A DNA stretch of 61,270 bases, filler included, from Dugesia japonica (GCA_001938525.1; 6 parts of 6 records of this genome joined end to end with filler, not necessarily neighbours in it); one strand, 5' to 3'; counted from the whole stretch's first letter, positions 1 to 12,932 are shown. Made by a program: numbers and translations. Notes: generated from the sequence alone by a model not told the origin.

Positions 1-199
1 GTATAACTAATAATTTAATAAAATAATTTATAATGCTTAAATTTACTAAAAATGGGCTCATGTCGGTCATTTCACAAACTTGTTAAAATGGTTAATCATT
101 TTATTTGAAGTTATAATCGTCCATTTTTGTGTTAAAAAATAATCATTTCTTCATGATCCGTAATATATACAAACATTTTGTAATTCAATAAGCTCAACA

Positions 200-560
200 T
201 CAATACACTTTAAGTTTGAGGATTATAAAATTGATCGTTGTTGATGATTTAAATTTCACATTTAGAATTCTTGGTCTATTTCTCTGATGCCATATTATTC
301 CAAACTTATGATAATTGATNNATCTGTTATCTGAGCAATTTATATACATTTNGATACANTAATATAAAAAANTTTCTTGCCGTGGGCGTTTTTTATAGCA
401 TGTTTNTGTNAATACCATCAGNTATCAATTTATTCCTTTCATTTTGAAGAATAATTTAAAGAAAGAATTATTACACACATCCAAAGGTTGAAGATAATTC
501 ATCTTGACTGATAATTGATGGGAATACATTGTACTTTTCATTAAAATAGGAATTTCTTTT
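200..560 (-). mobile_element. pogo/Tigger-type DDE_1 transposase fragment (degenerate)
   Basis: Minus-strand translation near 465-500 gives NYLQPLDVCNNSF, containing the LQPLD motif of pogo DDE_1 transposases. Frameshifted; boundaries approximate. Confidence 0.55.
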
Positions 561-714
561 TGCGAGAACAGAGAGGAGTATTGTACGAATTTTGGACTAG
601 AATTTCGGCTGTCTTCTCTGTAAGAAATTGCATTTATTAGGTAATAATTTAAGTTCAGATTCTATTATTCCTTTCATTGTGCTCTTCTACAGTTTAACCG
701 AATATTAAAAAATC

Positions 715-2110
715 GTTTAAGTTTATATTTCGCAACACAATATGTTTTAGTCGCTGGAATTTTGCTGGTGCCGAGCATAATCCAAACAGCATTCTAGTAA
801 ATTTGTATTTTCTAAATTTTGTGCTGAATGCTTGATCTTTTTCAGCTCTTGGCACTTAAGAATATTCACTTAAAAGATCTAGAGTTGAAAAATAGTTAGC
901 TTTGGCCACTTTGTCAAATATTTTTTTGTTGATGGTATTGGAAACATTGGTCGGCATGTCTTAGCATTCAATATTTTGTAGTCAGCACACATACAGTTGT
1001 AAACGTGTTTCTTTTCACGACTACAATTGGAATGTTCCAAGTTAAAGTACTTGGCTTTACAATACCAGCATGTAGTAAATCTTTTAATGTATGTTATACT
1101 TCTTTTTTGAGTCGTTTTGGTATTCTTTGTGACGTGAAACCAATTGGTCATATATTGATTGCTTTCATTTATGTTTAATGATATCAGTTCTTCCCATATC
1201 CATTTTATTTCGACAAAATATGTCTTTATTTCTTTCAAAAATTGCTGATGTTTTGACCAAATTATAGTATATGTTTGCAGCTTTCATATCTTTCTTAACT
1301 GTTTGCAGTATATTATCTGTAATTTCTTCTTCTGTGTTTTGTTTCTTGGTGGATATTTATCTGAGTAATATTTTTTCAAACATTCATTTTGATTTAATTC
1401 TTCTACATATCCAATAGTTGTTCTCTTATGCAGAGTTTTACATCTTCTTTCTAACATATATACTCTTACCTACGTACATTTATTATTATCTGTTACGAAA
1501 AGTTACCGCATGGTCATGTGTTCTTTATTTCTAGCAAAATCCCTTGTTTTACTCGTATCATAAGTAATTTTCTAATCTGAGTGGTCCATTATCATGACTC
1601 TGATAAAATATTTACCAATTTCACTTAAATTCACGTTTTCAGATACCGCAATTCTATAACTTTGATTATTGTTATAAATCTCATGGGTCTCTGTTTTTCC
1701 TAATTCCGTATTACGACTCATTAACACATTTGATGTTATTTTTTATTGACTCAGGTAGAACTATTTTTGAATAATATGGAATCTTAACATTCTATATTAT
1801 TATTCCATCATTAGCTGCATCCACCATTATTTCATATTTCATCATGGTCATTATGTATTTATATGTATTTATCATAATATTAAACACGTGTGTTGTCATT
1901 ACAGGTCCAATTGACATATTTAATTATATCTTCTCCAAACATTTTTCAGTTGTACCATTTACGCATTTTATTTTTATCATAGTTATACTTTTTCTTAGGC
2001 CAGGATTCTTTTTATAGATATACTAGGCTAATTCTTGACTTATAACATTGAAATCAGTGCTCGTGTCAAACATAGTTTGTACTGGTATTCATAATACCTA
2101 ACATTCAAAA
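715..2110 (-). mobile_element. Ty3/Gypsy pol fragment (protease + RT), degenerate
   Basis: Minus-strand motifs: MFDTSTDFNVI (~2040-2073, protease-like), LHAGIVKPSTLTWNIPIV (~1025-1075), CADYKILNAKT..PMFPIP (ORF 879-1238), AFSTKFRKYKFTRMLFGLCSAPAKFQRL (~750-830). Confidence 0.8.
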
Positions 2111-2479
2111 ATTGGTTTATTTGTTGCTTTTCTTTGCCTTTAAATTGATATTAGTGTTAGTTTATTTGATTTTCTTCAATAAAATTAACATACTTACCTT
2201 CAAGTGACGGTTTAAAAGATTTCATAAATTCACCAGATTTTTGAATGTTCTATGATGATTTGCTTTCACCAATTGTATTCACTTGATCGCTGTAATCATC
2301 TACTTCTGGTTCCTAATTTTTTTAATTTTTTCAACATTTTCTATTTGAATAATATTTGCAATTATTATTTATGACTAAGAAATTTTCAAAGTGGATTTAT
2401 ACATTTATAAACAACCTCAATTCAATTTATACGTTTAAATAAGAATTATTTATAATAGTATTAAGACATGATACTGTAT

Positions 2480-3065
2480 ATCAAATTGTTTTGCCAAGTA
2501 GTAGTGAAAAATCTCTGTTTTTGTGTAAATTATGAAAATCAGATTTATTCAAATAAATCTTAATAAAATATATTGACAGAGGTGCAAATGAGGAGCATGG
2601 ATGGAGTCAATCTGATTTATGTAATATAAAAATGTCAACTATAAATAAATGAGATAAAAAGAAGTAGGATATTGAAATCAAGTAATGTGATGGTTATGGA
2701 TGATCTGTACAAAGAACCACAAAAGGATTTTAATAATTTATTCAAACGAATATCAAGACATTGTTACTGTGATCTATATTATACAAAATTTATTCCATCA
2801 AGACGTTGATCATAGAACTTGTAATTTAAATATATAATATTTGTTTATATTTAAAATTCCAAGAGATCAAATTGTTGTTGATGTTATAGCAAGACAAATG
2901 TACTCAAATAATCTCCACTTTCTATTGGATTCATTCAAAAATGCAACAGTAAAACTTTCTGGTTATATTTTCCGGATTTTCCACAAAGATCTCAAGTTGA
3001 ACGTGGTGTTCAAACTTATATTTTTAATCCAAATGGTGTTACAGTTTACAAACAATAAACAGTAA
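2480..3065 (+). mobile_element. Polinton/adintovirus A32-like packaging ATPase pseudogene
   Basis: Degenerate Walker A IVLPSSSEKSLF (~2485-2520), Walker B VMVMDDLY (~2690-2710), and the C-terminal block FKIPRDQ..VIARQMY..FLLDSFKNAT..GYIF (ORF 2841-3065) typical of Polinton ATPases. Confidence 0.75.
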
Positions 3066-3959
3066 GTTGATTATTTGGCATTCAAATNNNNNNNNNNNNN
3101 NNNNNNNNNNNNNNNNNNNNNNNNNNNNNNNNNNNNNNNNNNNNNNNNNNNNNNNNNNNNNNNNNNNNNNNNNNNNNNNNNNNNNNNNNGTTCAATTTAG
3201 ATCAATAAAATCGGAAAGAAATGTCTTTAATCAGCATGGTTAAAAACATATTTATGTTGGGTATTATAACTCAACAAAAGATTTTATGGTTCGTAAAAAT
3301 ATAACTTAGATTTTTATGGGTGTTAAATTTGTTTTTATCTTTATATGTGTGTTTATACTATATTATATAAGCGATATATGACAATGTAAATAAAGTTATA
3401 TATTGTATTATCCTATATAAATAAAACAAAATAATCCCTTTAAAATACCTTTATTATTTTTGTTGTATATCAAAATAAAAGTACACTAAGTCTATAAAAC
3501 CTATTGAGCTAATTTTAATTAAATGAAGTGCTGTCTCACTGAGAGTTCGGAGCCTTCAATAATTGAATTGTCTGCTTTACAATAAAACTGATCAGTATTT
3601 ATACTGATCTTACACTGGTATGTTTGATACACCTACCTTATAATTTTCAAAAAATAACTTTACATTTATAATAAAAATTTTCATTCATTCAAACACTTTC
3701 ACAAAAATAATTGTCCGAGAATCAAATTTTATATATAAAAATTAAACTTTACACTAAAATAAATTCAATGGATTATAAAATAAAATAAAAACAATATTTA
3801 ATTTATGAATTATAAATAAAATGTTCAATTCAAAGAAATTAAATAAATTGTTCAAATTAAATAACTAGATTAATAAGTCAGATAAACAATAGATTAATTT
3901 TGAATTGGCTCTGCTTTGGGATTTGAACTTGAATTTATTGATTCGACAACTGTTTGATA

Positions 3960-4025
3960 TCTTTGGGATTTGATGATCTTTGGGATTTGCTGATCTTTGG
4001 GATTTGCTGATCTTTGGGATTTGCT
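3960..4025. repeat. 17-bp tandem repeat (TCTTTGGGATTTGCTGA) x~4
   Basis: Directly visible; a partial copy lies at ~3914-3925. Confidence 0.9.
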
Positions 4026-5254
4026 TATTTACTTTGAACTTGGATTCGTATGTTATGCATGTTATGTTTTGCTTGGTTGTGTTTGTATGCATGTTATGTA
4101 TAACTGTAAACTCAACATTTAATACCAATATTTTCAGGAGCAATTAATGTTATTATTGTTCGTTGGAAAATCACTTAAATATACTTATTAATTTTAATAT
4201 GTTTTCCATTTTATTCTTTGTGTATAAGGTTCATTGATTATTAACTATAATATTCTTGATTAAATCATAAATTTCACTTAATTTAAATAAAAATGACTAG
4301 AATATCTTTTAATTTGAATTATAAAAATACATCAATATAAACAAAAAATTATTAACAAAATGTATACAGGAAAAAGAAGATAAGTATGAATTTCAGTGAT
4401 TTTATACATTAAATGATACTTTAAAAAACTTAAACTTAACCCTTTGCCTAGAATATGTGCACTATTTAATGAAAGTATTCATAAATTCATGTGTGCAAAC
4501 CTTTACTGATTAAATTATTTAATGTAAAATATCCAATAAATATTGAAAAATTAAACATTTTCTATCCATCTATATCTGACATCATTTCATCTTTAACTTT
4601 AAAATGTTATTATTGATCGAATTAATTTCATCTTTCGATTGATTTATAAAAAAATCGAATTGTGTTTTCATCATTTCATAATCAGTTTAGATTTTTTTTA
4701 TCAAAATAAAATTACAAATTCAATGATATAAACTACGTATTTGTTTATTAATTGAAATTATGAATTGCAATTTTTCATTTTCAATTTATGATAAAGTTTT
4801 ATCGATTTTAATTTTGTATATTTTGTTCATTCTAAATTTATCACAAAATATAATCATTGTAATTTAGAGTTTCTTTATTTACTTAATAATCGTTCCACCA
4901 ATTATTGAATTAATTTATAACACATGATGGTTGTTAAATTGATTGCAACTATCACTGATTAGATCGAGAATTCCTATAATTTAATATTTTTTACCATAAA
5001 TTTATTACTTTCGTTAATTATTTTTTCATTGATTTTTAAAAACGTTTTTTTACGATAAAAAAATTTATTTTCACAACTTTTAATATATTGATTAATTATG
5101 TATTTGATTCCGGATTTCCTTTGAAATTCTAAATTATCGATTTCATCTTTGGTTTTCATTTGAATAATTTCAGTTTTGAAATTATCAAATAATTCTGTCA
5201 ATAATTCACAACTCGTCGTTATAACCGAAAATAGCAAATAGATATTTTACACGC

Positions 5255-5325
5255 TTCTTTTCGCACACACGTAAATTCTCGCTAATTTTGATAATTGTGG
5301 AAACGAATTTCTGTTGGACATTTTA
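5255..5325 (-). mobile_element. possible hAT C-terminal dimerisation domain remnant
   Basis: Minus translation NSFPQLSKLARIYVCA resembles the FPxLxxLARxYL hAT motif; very short. Confidence 0.35.
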
Positions 5326-5950
5326 TTACAATATCTGCGATTTTTCTTAGATTCGGATGACTTATCGATAAATGATTATAATTTTACAATCTGGCAGGTC
5401 CAACACATTTTTTTATACCATTATATTTTTCAAACAGGTGAGACAATATAAACATACCTATTTAACTAAATAAGCATAAAAAATAATATTGCTAAATTTT
5501 TTACATTTGAGATTGTGTTGAATATTTTACTGATTTTATCTTTATATCTCATGTTAGTATATTTCCTAAATAATTTAATCATATATTTTTTTAATAAATA
5601 TTGAATATACAATATGTACATTAATAAATCTAAATTAATCGAGATAAATTTGTAAAATTATTTTTGTCAAGGTTAAATAATATATTTCAATTACTCGATA
5701 TAAACAAATTTATATGAAATAAGCAATTTTAATATAGATTTATAATAAAATAATTTCTTTTTCAAATATTTAACTTAGTTCTTAGATAAAATAATATAAA
5801 TTAAAACATTTTATAAGTCAGCTAAATTTAAAAATTTATTTTAATCAACGATAATGGATATAAATAAAAAGTCCTTGTTAATAATACACCCTCATCAATG
5901 ATATGTTTTTCCGTTAACGTAAATAATAACATTTTATATAATAACAAATA

Positions 5951-8850
5951 TGTTAGATGAATCTGTAACATTCATATTTGCATTAAAATAAACAGTTTTC
6001 ATTCTAAGATTTATTCACAACCAAAACAAAAACAACAATATCAATTTGGTTTTTTTTAAACAAACAAAAAACTTTATTATTTAATTCTAACCGAAATTAT
6101 TTAAAAATATTATTAATGAAATTTTGGAAAATAATTCATTAAAAAATTCAATGTTTAAAAAAAATATTCTTTCATTTAATATAAAAGCTTTGATCAAAAT
6201 TTTGGTTTTTTATTGATATTGGATAACTATTCGATATTTTGACCTAGTCTTTGTCAGGAATTGAATTTTTAAATTTATTCAAGATTTATGTTTATAATAG
6301 TAATAATTTTTGAAATAATTTATTTTTTTTAAATTTTGTCTTGGTTTCTGTAATTGGAAGCCCAATTATGCTTGCGTTTTGAAAATAATTCTTGGATTGT
6401 GTTGGAGTTTAGCATTTTTTATTATATTTTGCATGATTTGGCTACATTTCTCATTAATAAAAGGTAATTTAATAACTGTGTTGGTTTTTGGTTTGATTTT
6501 ATTTTGTTTTGTATTTAAAGATAAATATTTTGATATAATTTTATTTGGGTAGTCGCTATTTAAGAGTTTATTTTTTATCAACTTGAGAGGAATCAATTTC
6601 ATTTCTTCATTTGAAGATAGTCTCTCAGCTTGAATTCTTTCACCTTTAATTAGACCAATTTTCTGGCTGATGGTCGTATTACTATTCCAAAGGAGTATAT
6701 GTCCACTGTGAAATGGTTTGATATATACTTGGGTAATTATTATTTTACTAGGTTTCTTTTGAATTAAAGTGTCCAGAAAAAGAATCTGAAATTATTAGTA
6801 CTGTTGGCTAATTCTAGAATGTTCTCTAAGGAGAATTAGTAACAAAGAAAATATCATCTATTTATCTAAACCATAGATGAATTTTTTTGTTTGACTTAAG
6901 AATAATATGATTTTCAATAAAGTTCATGAAAATTATTGCTAGAATTGGAGATAAATTTTACCTATTGCAAGACCACCTTTTGTTTAAAAAGTTGTTTACC
7001 GATGAAAATACTATCAGAAAAGATATAAAAATTGATAAGACATTTGAAATCATTTTTGGTGATCTCTGGAATGTCTGTATGTTCTTTGTATCTTTCAAAG
7101 AANNNNNNNNNNNNNNNNNNNNNNNNNNNNNNNNNNNNNNNNNNNNNNNNNNTTGATAAGACATTTGAAATCATTTTTGGTGATCTCTGGAATGTCTGTA
7201 TGTTCTTTGTATCTTTCAAAGAAGTCGATAACAATATCGGTGACATTTTCAGGTCCTTCAATTAGAATTGATCCATATAGATTTGTTACATCTAATGAAC
7301 CAAATTTATCATCACTTTTCCATTCATAATTTTTAATTCGTTCGATAAACTCATAACTGTTCTTTAAATATGTCGGAATAAAATTTAGTAGTGATTTTAA
7401 TATATCAGCTAAAAGTTTGCATAACGCAGTAGATAGAGTATATTCTTAATTAAGTTTTTAAAAATAATTCATTTAAAATTTCAATGTTCAACAAAAATAT
7501 TCTTAATTAAATTTTTGAAAATAATTCATTCACAAATTTTTATAATCAAAAAATATTTTCAATAAAATCTTTCAACTTTATTTCATAAAGTTAATTTAAT
7601 TATTTATTAAACTATTTTCGTTAACAACTTTGGTCGAACTATCAAAAAATTTAACTGTCTAAAATTCTACTTATATCCCCTCTTTAAGACATTTTTTGAT
7701 CGGTTTTTTGACGTTTCTTCTCGAACTTGTTCCATCTTTGCTTTCTGTCACGAAATTTGTCCTTTGAAGCCTATTTTTCCTTGGCGGCCCGTTTTTAAAG
7801 TTATATCTTTTATTTTTTTGTCTCGTTTTGTTGATGTTGGTACAACATTCTTCCGCCCTGTGTCCAAGTTTCTTGTATCTTTCAAATACAATCTCCGTAC
7901 ATACTCTTTTGATGTGACCAATTTTACCACATTCGAAAACTTTTGGTGGTTTCTTACATGTTAAAGTTTTACTTATATGTCTTTCTTTGTGAAAAGTCCA
8001 ACATTTTATCTGAGCATTCCTGGGACACTCTTTTTTATGTGACCATAACTCTGGCATGTTCAACACTTTGATTCTGCTTTTTTTGTAGCTTTCTCGATAT
8101 TTTTTTTATTGTCTACGACAACTTCTCTACGTGCAGCTCCCACACCGCTATTCACTATGTTGATAGGTTAACTTCTTTCTATTTTCTCAACTAGATAAAG
8201 AATTTCTTTTATATCTTCAACTTTCTTCAATTTTCGCATAATTATCTCTTCTTCTGCTTTTTTGCTATTTGAGCAAATTATTAGCATCTTCGCATTGATT
8301 TTTTCTTTTTTAAAATCTAAATTTGATAAAAGATTATTGATAAAATCTTCCACTTTCTTGAAGTATACTTCTAAGTATTCACCAACACGTCGATAATTTA
8401 TAAGATTTTGAAAATCTTTTATCATATATCATTTGCCTCCAAAGGCTAATCGTAATGTTCATTGATATCTATCAACTTTATTTAGAGTTTTCCTATATGC
8501 CTCTCTTAAGTCTTCGTCAAGCATACTTACTATCAAACGTTCTTGATCTGTTCTGTATATGATGATCTTTTGCTTCAAAGTATCTTTCACATCTCTTTAA
8601 AAAAATTTCCAAATCATCACCTTGACAAAATACCTCCGGCATTAATCGCTCGGTAATTTCTTGGGGTTTTACTGCTGCCACCATGTCAGATGAATCTGTA
8701 ACATTCATCTTTGCATTAAGAAAGGAACACTTTTCATTCTAAGATTTATTCACAACCAAAACAAAAACACAACAATATCAATTTGGTTTTTTAAACAAAT
8801 TTTTAAAACAATTTTATTTAATTCTGACCGAAATTATTTAAAAATTATTA
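5951..8850 (-). mobile_element. gag-only Ty3/Gypsy LTR element (tRNA-Leu PBS), 3' LTR interrupted by a Penelope element
   Basis: LTR copies 8684-~8850 and 5951-~6115 are highly similar. PBS TGGTGGCAGCAGT at 8683-8671 (-). Broken gag ORFs 8517-8708, 8168-8425 and 7671-8066 with degenerate CCHC knuckles (ECGKIGHIKRVC). 3' LTR-type repeats resume at 7441-7626, ending TAACA. Confidence 0.8.
6175..7440 (-). mobile_element. Penelope-like retroelement (RT, thumb and tail), degenerate and 5'-truncated
   Basis: YIPTYLKNSYEF, SLDVTNLYGSI (RT motif A, ~7270-7300), FIGKQLFKQ, FLDTLI, VYIKPFHSG, LLNSDYPNKII and LPFINEK are PLE-type RT/thumb motifs. Tail has a hammerhead-like core at ~6230-6265. Confidence 0.8.
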
Positions 8851-8899
8851 ATAATTATGTTGGGTTTTTAGGATTTTAAATAATTTGAATTTAATATCT

Positions 8900-9120
8900 G
8901 CATTCGTCGACATTAATTATTTTCCTAGATACATAAGTGCTATCTTTTTCGTCTAGGGGCATACCTAAAAACCACAAGCATTTGAGTCAACTCTGTGACA
9001 TGCCCCTCTTTTTAGCGCGACTTTGTGGTATCGCGTCTTACGTTTCTTTTTCATGAACCCCCATCTCAATCACGCTTATTTGCTCAGTATTGATTTTACA
9101 TAAATCAGGTTTGATAAAAA
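8900..9120 (-). mobile_element. restriction-like endonuclease (RLE) fragment of a non-LTR retrotransposon
   Basis: Minus translation FIKPDLCKINTEQISVIEMG is a PD-(D/E)xK-type RLE motif; truncated by the scaffold end. Confidence 0.45.
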
Positions 9121-9220
9121 NNNNNNNNNNNNNNNNNNNNNNNNNNNNNNNNNNNNNNNNNNNNTTAATTAATTAANNNNNNNNNNNNNNNNNNNNNNNN
9201 NNNNNNNNNNNNNNNNNNNN
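9121..9220. other. artificial 100-nt scaffold spacer (44N-TTAATTAATTAA-44N); also at 20724-20823, 31582-31681, 41410-41509, 49759-49858
   Basis: Identical 12-mer with stops in all six frames, centred in N runs five times. Confidence 0.95.
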
Positions 9221-10310
9221 TACTGGACTAGCTGACTACAATCTTCAAACTAATATCATTTTTAATAATGATTCCAAATCTAAAATTTGCAAGGTACTCC
9301 ACAAAGAGATCGGGTACATTTATTATCATGAATGCTGCAGTCTGACTACTCAAGGCCTCCGCGCAAATGCCATTGCTGCTTCCGACTACAGTAGCAAATT
9401 TATGAAAAAGATCAATGTCATTGAAAGGGACTATTTATTTATTGTCAAGCAAGAAATAACCTCCTCAGAACCAACTACAATCCATACAGACTCAAAATGA
9501 ACATGCCAACTAGCTGCAGGCAATGTGGCTCTCATGCGGAAACACAAACGCATATTTTTAATCCCTGCCCAGCCATGAAAAACCAGAAATACAACAAGCA
9601 CAACAGAATTCTGGAAAAGACTGCTTCAATCTTCAGGAAATGGGACTTTGACGTTCAACTTTGACGTTGGGTAAAACCCCAACAATAATAATAATACTAA
9701 AAACCACCAACATAATAACTAGAATTATAGTAATAATAATGATAACCACAAAATAATATTACTGATCATAATAACCCTAAGAAGCACAAGTTAATTTCAT
9801 CGGTAGCGATGGAACAGATAATGCACATTTATTATTCGGGGAAGATGATAGTGGTGATATCCTATCCAGAGCCAACTATTATTTTGTAAGTAATCTCAAT
9901 CCAGGCATGTTGCATGCTCTTAACAATATTAACGACCAATTCNTATTGATGACTGTAATGGTATTTAAGACTAATTTCACATGCAGTGACAGTAATTTGA
10001 AGATTTGCCCGGCAAATATGTCGATATGAGCAGGGAATTATGGCCTTTGTTAATTTACCAATCGCTACATTTATTAAGTTGTCACATATTACTCGTAAGC
10101 AGTATGACTTAGTCGAGATTGCAACTGTGCAATTTTCCTAATACCTGATGACTCGGGTTGGGCTAGGGTGAGAGAATCAGAGTTCGTGTGTATCGATTGA
10201 ACGGCTGAGTAATGGTGTGGTATTTTTGCAATGTCTTACATTCTTATTCTACGAGTGGAATTAGAACGACTAGGATAGTAAAATTGGAATTAATCTGCAA
10301 CATGAATAAA
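9221..10310 (+). mobile_element. 3' part of an RLE-type (R2/NeSL-like) non-LTR retrotransposon, degenerate
   Basis: Zinc-knuckle remnant ..RETQTHIFNPCPAMKNQKYNKHNRIL (~9500-9615), homologous to the 55980-56207 ORF. GC-richer putative 3' UTR ends in an A-rich tail at ~10305. Confidence 0.55.
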
Positions 10311-11469
10311 AAAATAATTTATTGCACCGGTTCATAGATTATCGCTGTATCATAATGCAAATAATTGAGGATGCTTAATGACCAATAATTCTCTCTATTA
10401 AAAGTGAAAATATCAACATTTTGTGTTAACTTTATCATTAAATAAATAAAATTTTCATCAATATTGGATTTTTTGATTAATCACTAACAAAAATGGTAAG
10501 TAATTGATTAATTTTATTATATAATATAACATTCAAAATTCAAACTAAACACTCACTAATAAAGAAAGTGATTCTGCAACGAGAGGGTTATTCAGCTGTT
10601 GTAGACCGATATCCAATATTTTCCGATATATCCGATATTTTCGTAGGTAGTTTAAATAGACAACTTCTCAGAGTGAATTCGTCTATAACACTTCCACAAG
10701 ATTCTTCTGCGATTTTACTTCTCCTTTCCTTGTTTTTTGCACTATGATTACTGCTTCTGTCCCACTGATTTATTCGACCGAAAATATCACACTGATTTAT
10801 TTAATCGNNNNNNNNNNNNNNNNNNNNNNNNNNNNNNNNNNNNNNNNNNNNNNNNNNNNNNNNNNGTTCTGCACAACTGCTAGAATTTAACTGGCTATTA
10901 TTTTTAAATCTGATTTTTTTGGTTCATATTTTAGAATTTTTCTGCAAATTCCGACCACTCTATTGGTGCCTATTTTTAGGACATCTTGTGATTCTTATGC
11001 CTTTGTTTTTCGTTTATTCTATGACATCTAATTGGCCAAATCTTTGAACCCATTTTATGAACCCTGCTGGTGATGATAGTACTTCATGATTAATATCATA
11101 GCATTACTTGTGCCGATAGCTTCTCGATCTTTTTTCCCCATTCTTTTTTGGCTTTCCTGAGAGAAGATATCCCGCTTCTACTGATTTTCGTCGTAATTAA
11201 TTTCTTTTTTCTGCAATAATTAATTAATTTTCTTTCGTTATTTCTGATTATAAATTATAATTTCCATAATTGCAGTTGATTATTATTACTTTTATTATTA
11301 ACTTTATCGCTTCCTCATTTTTTTACTGTATTTCTTCTGATCTTCTTTCAATTATTTCTTTCTAATTTATTATCAAAATGAAAATCACTATTAATTAGCC
11401 CTTCCACTTCACTTTATTTCTTCTTAATAACCAAAGCTTGGGCCCCCTGATTATATTTTCTTCTTTTAT

Positions 11470-11950
11470 CAGGTGTTTCAACCCAACAAAATGATGAAGT
11501 TGCACATGTATTTTACAGCATAAGTAGAAATATTAAAATTTGGCGGGGCAAAGAAATATCAACTTTCAATCCAAACTTTCGGAAAAAATGAAAGTGCTCA
11601 TAGTAGCATTTCCCGCATCTTACATCATTGAGTATGGATTCAATGCAGTAACTAATATTCTCAACAATCAAAGAAACAATCTGGATGTTGCTAAGAGAGG
11701 TGATTTGAAACTGCTTCTCATCCATCTGAAACAAGATATTAAGTCTTTGGCATTAAAACACCAAGCGAATGGTATGATTGACTCGGAAATGTCTAACACT
11801 GCTGTATCAGTCATATGACATTCTGTCTTGTTAGTAAACAGTATTTGAATTTAAATTAGTTTTGTAAATTTTAGGTGGGTGATAGACTTATTTATAGATG
11901 AAAATTTAGTGAAAAAGGGTGTTAGGCTAAAAAAGATTGAATGCCACTAT
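11470..11950 (+). mobile_element. hAT (Buster/ZBED8-like) transposon 3' end
   Basis: ORF 11540-11818 AFPASYIIEYGFNAV..NQRNNLDV..RGDLKL..HQA matches the Buster/ZBED8 C-terminus; degenerate 3' TIR at ~11935-11950. Confidence 0.75.
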
Positions 11951-11954
11951 TCTA

Positions 11955-12180
11955 AACATACATTCAAATTTAAGAATTCAAATTATTTACATCAATTTGT
12001 TACCAAATTTAATATTTTAGAAATCACGATATATTAAGTATTAATAGTTTGTTCATGATTTCAAACAAAAAATAATAACTCCTGAAGAAGATATAATCGA
12101 AAATTTTGGGAAAAAATAAAAAAGTTTTTTTTGAAAATTTTTTTGTTACTTTAATTAAAATATTAAAAAGAAACATTTTT
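11955..12180 (+). mobile_element. Penelope-like 3' end with minimal hammerhead core
   Basis: HTFKFKNS..FNILE GIY-YIG C-terminal-like remnant followed by CCTGAAGAAGATATAATCGAAAATTTTGGG at 12081-12110. Confidence 0.55.
12079..12110 (+). ncRNA. candidate minimal type I hammerhead ribozyme
   Basis: CUGAAGA core, GAU/AUC helix II, GAAA, short AAUUU helix III, U-U cleavage site, and GGG able to pair with the upstream CUC (helix I). Confidence 0.5.
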
Positions 12181-12570
12181 GATCTACGCCGTAGTTTATT
12201 TTCGTAATTTTGAAAAATATTTAATTTTTTCTATTTAAAATATTTAAATCTGTATAAAAAATGATAATACAAGGTTCTAATTTTATTACGTTTACAATTT
12301 GATGGTGAATTTTTATCGTTACATAAAATATACTATTACTTTGAATTGTTCCCATCTGAAAAAATTGGCTACAATGGATTAATTATTTAAAAAAAATTTC
12401 TTTAAAAACATGATTAAATTTTATTCCCTTCCTAAAATCTTTAAACTGTTTAAAAATAGATAAATGTAAATAATTGTTTTACAGTTGCAATTATTGTGAG
12501 AATAATTGTTGGACGTAACCATTGATCGTTTTTCATTATTCATTTAAAATTAAAGCTTCGACTTTAAAGT

Positions 12571-12683
12571 TTGGCTTTTGATAATAATTCTATATATTTG
12601 ACTTTGTCTTCGTCAGGAATTGAAAACAAGTCAATTCGTGATGAAGACAAAGTCGAATATATAGAATTATTATCAAAAGCCAA
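12571..12683. repeat. 53-bp-arm inverted repeat of a Penelope tail (7-nt loop)
   Basis: Arms 12571-12623 and 12631-12683 are reverse complements at 50/53 positions; weaker similarity extends to ~12525 and ~12740. Confidence 0.9.
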
Positions 12684-12932
12684 AAAACAAATTTTGATCG
12701 AAGCTTTTATTTTAAAAAATGTAAATAAATCTGCGATTTCGCTTTTAGGTATTTTAGTTTGACACATTTTTTTAAATAAAGAAATTACAATTTTGTGAAA
12801 CAGATTCAATTTTTTTATTTAAAACATTGAAACTAAATAATAAAATTGCAAAAAGTAATCCCATGCAGTATCATATCAACACTTGGCTAAGATTTTATTT
12901 GGCACAAAGTTTCAGTGTCGAATCTAAAATTT

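Noticed and set aside
3480-3660. Polinton minor capsid remnant (YKVGVSNI, TALHLIK on minus)
   Set aside because: Motifs too short and degenerate to support by eye.
7032-7221. Direct repeat of ~70 bp flanking the gap
   Set aside because: Identical sequence on both sides of Ns indicates an unmerged contig overlap.
9165-9176. Recurrent palindrome TTAATTAATTAA as a biological site
   Set aside because: Always centred in N runs; an artificial six-frame-stop linker.
8900-10310. One RLE element or inverted pair spanning 9121-9220
   Set aside because: Opposite strands and separated by the artificial spacer.
10560-11450. Minus-strand gag remnant with PBS-like GGGGGCCCAAG
   Set aside because: No convincing intact motif or LTR pair.
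12564-12809. Two overlapping antisense ORFs with similar peptides
   Set aside because: A by-product of the DNA palindrome, not bidirectional coding.
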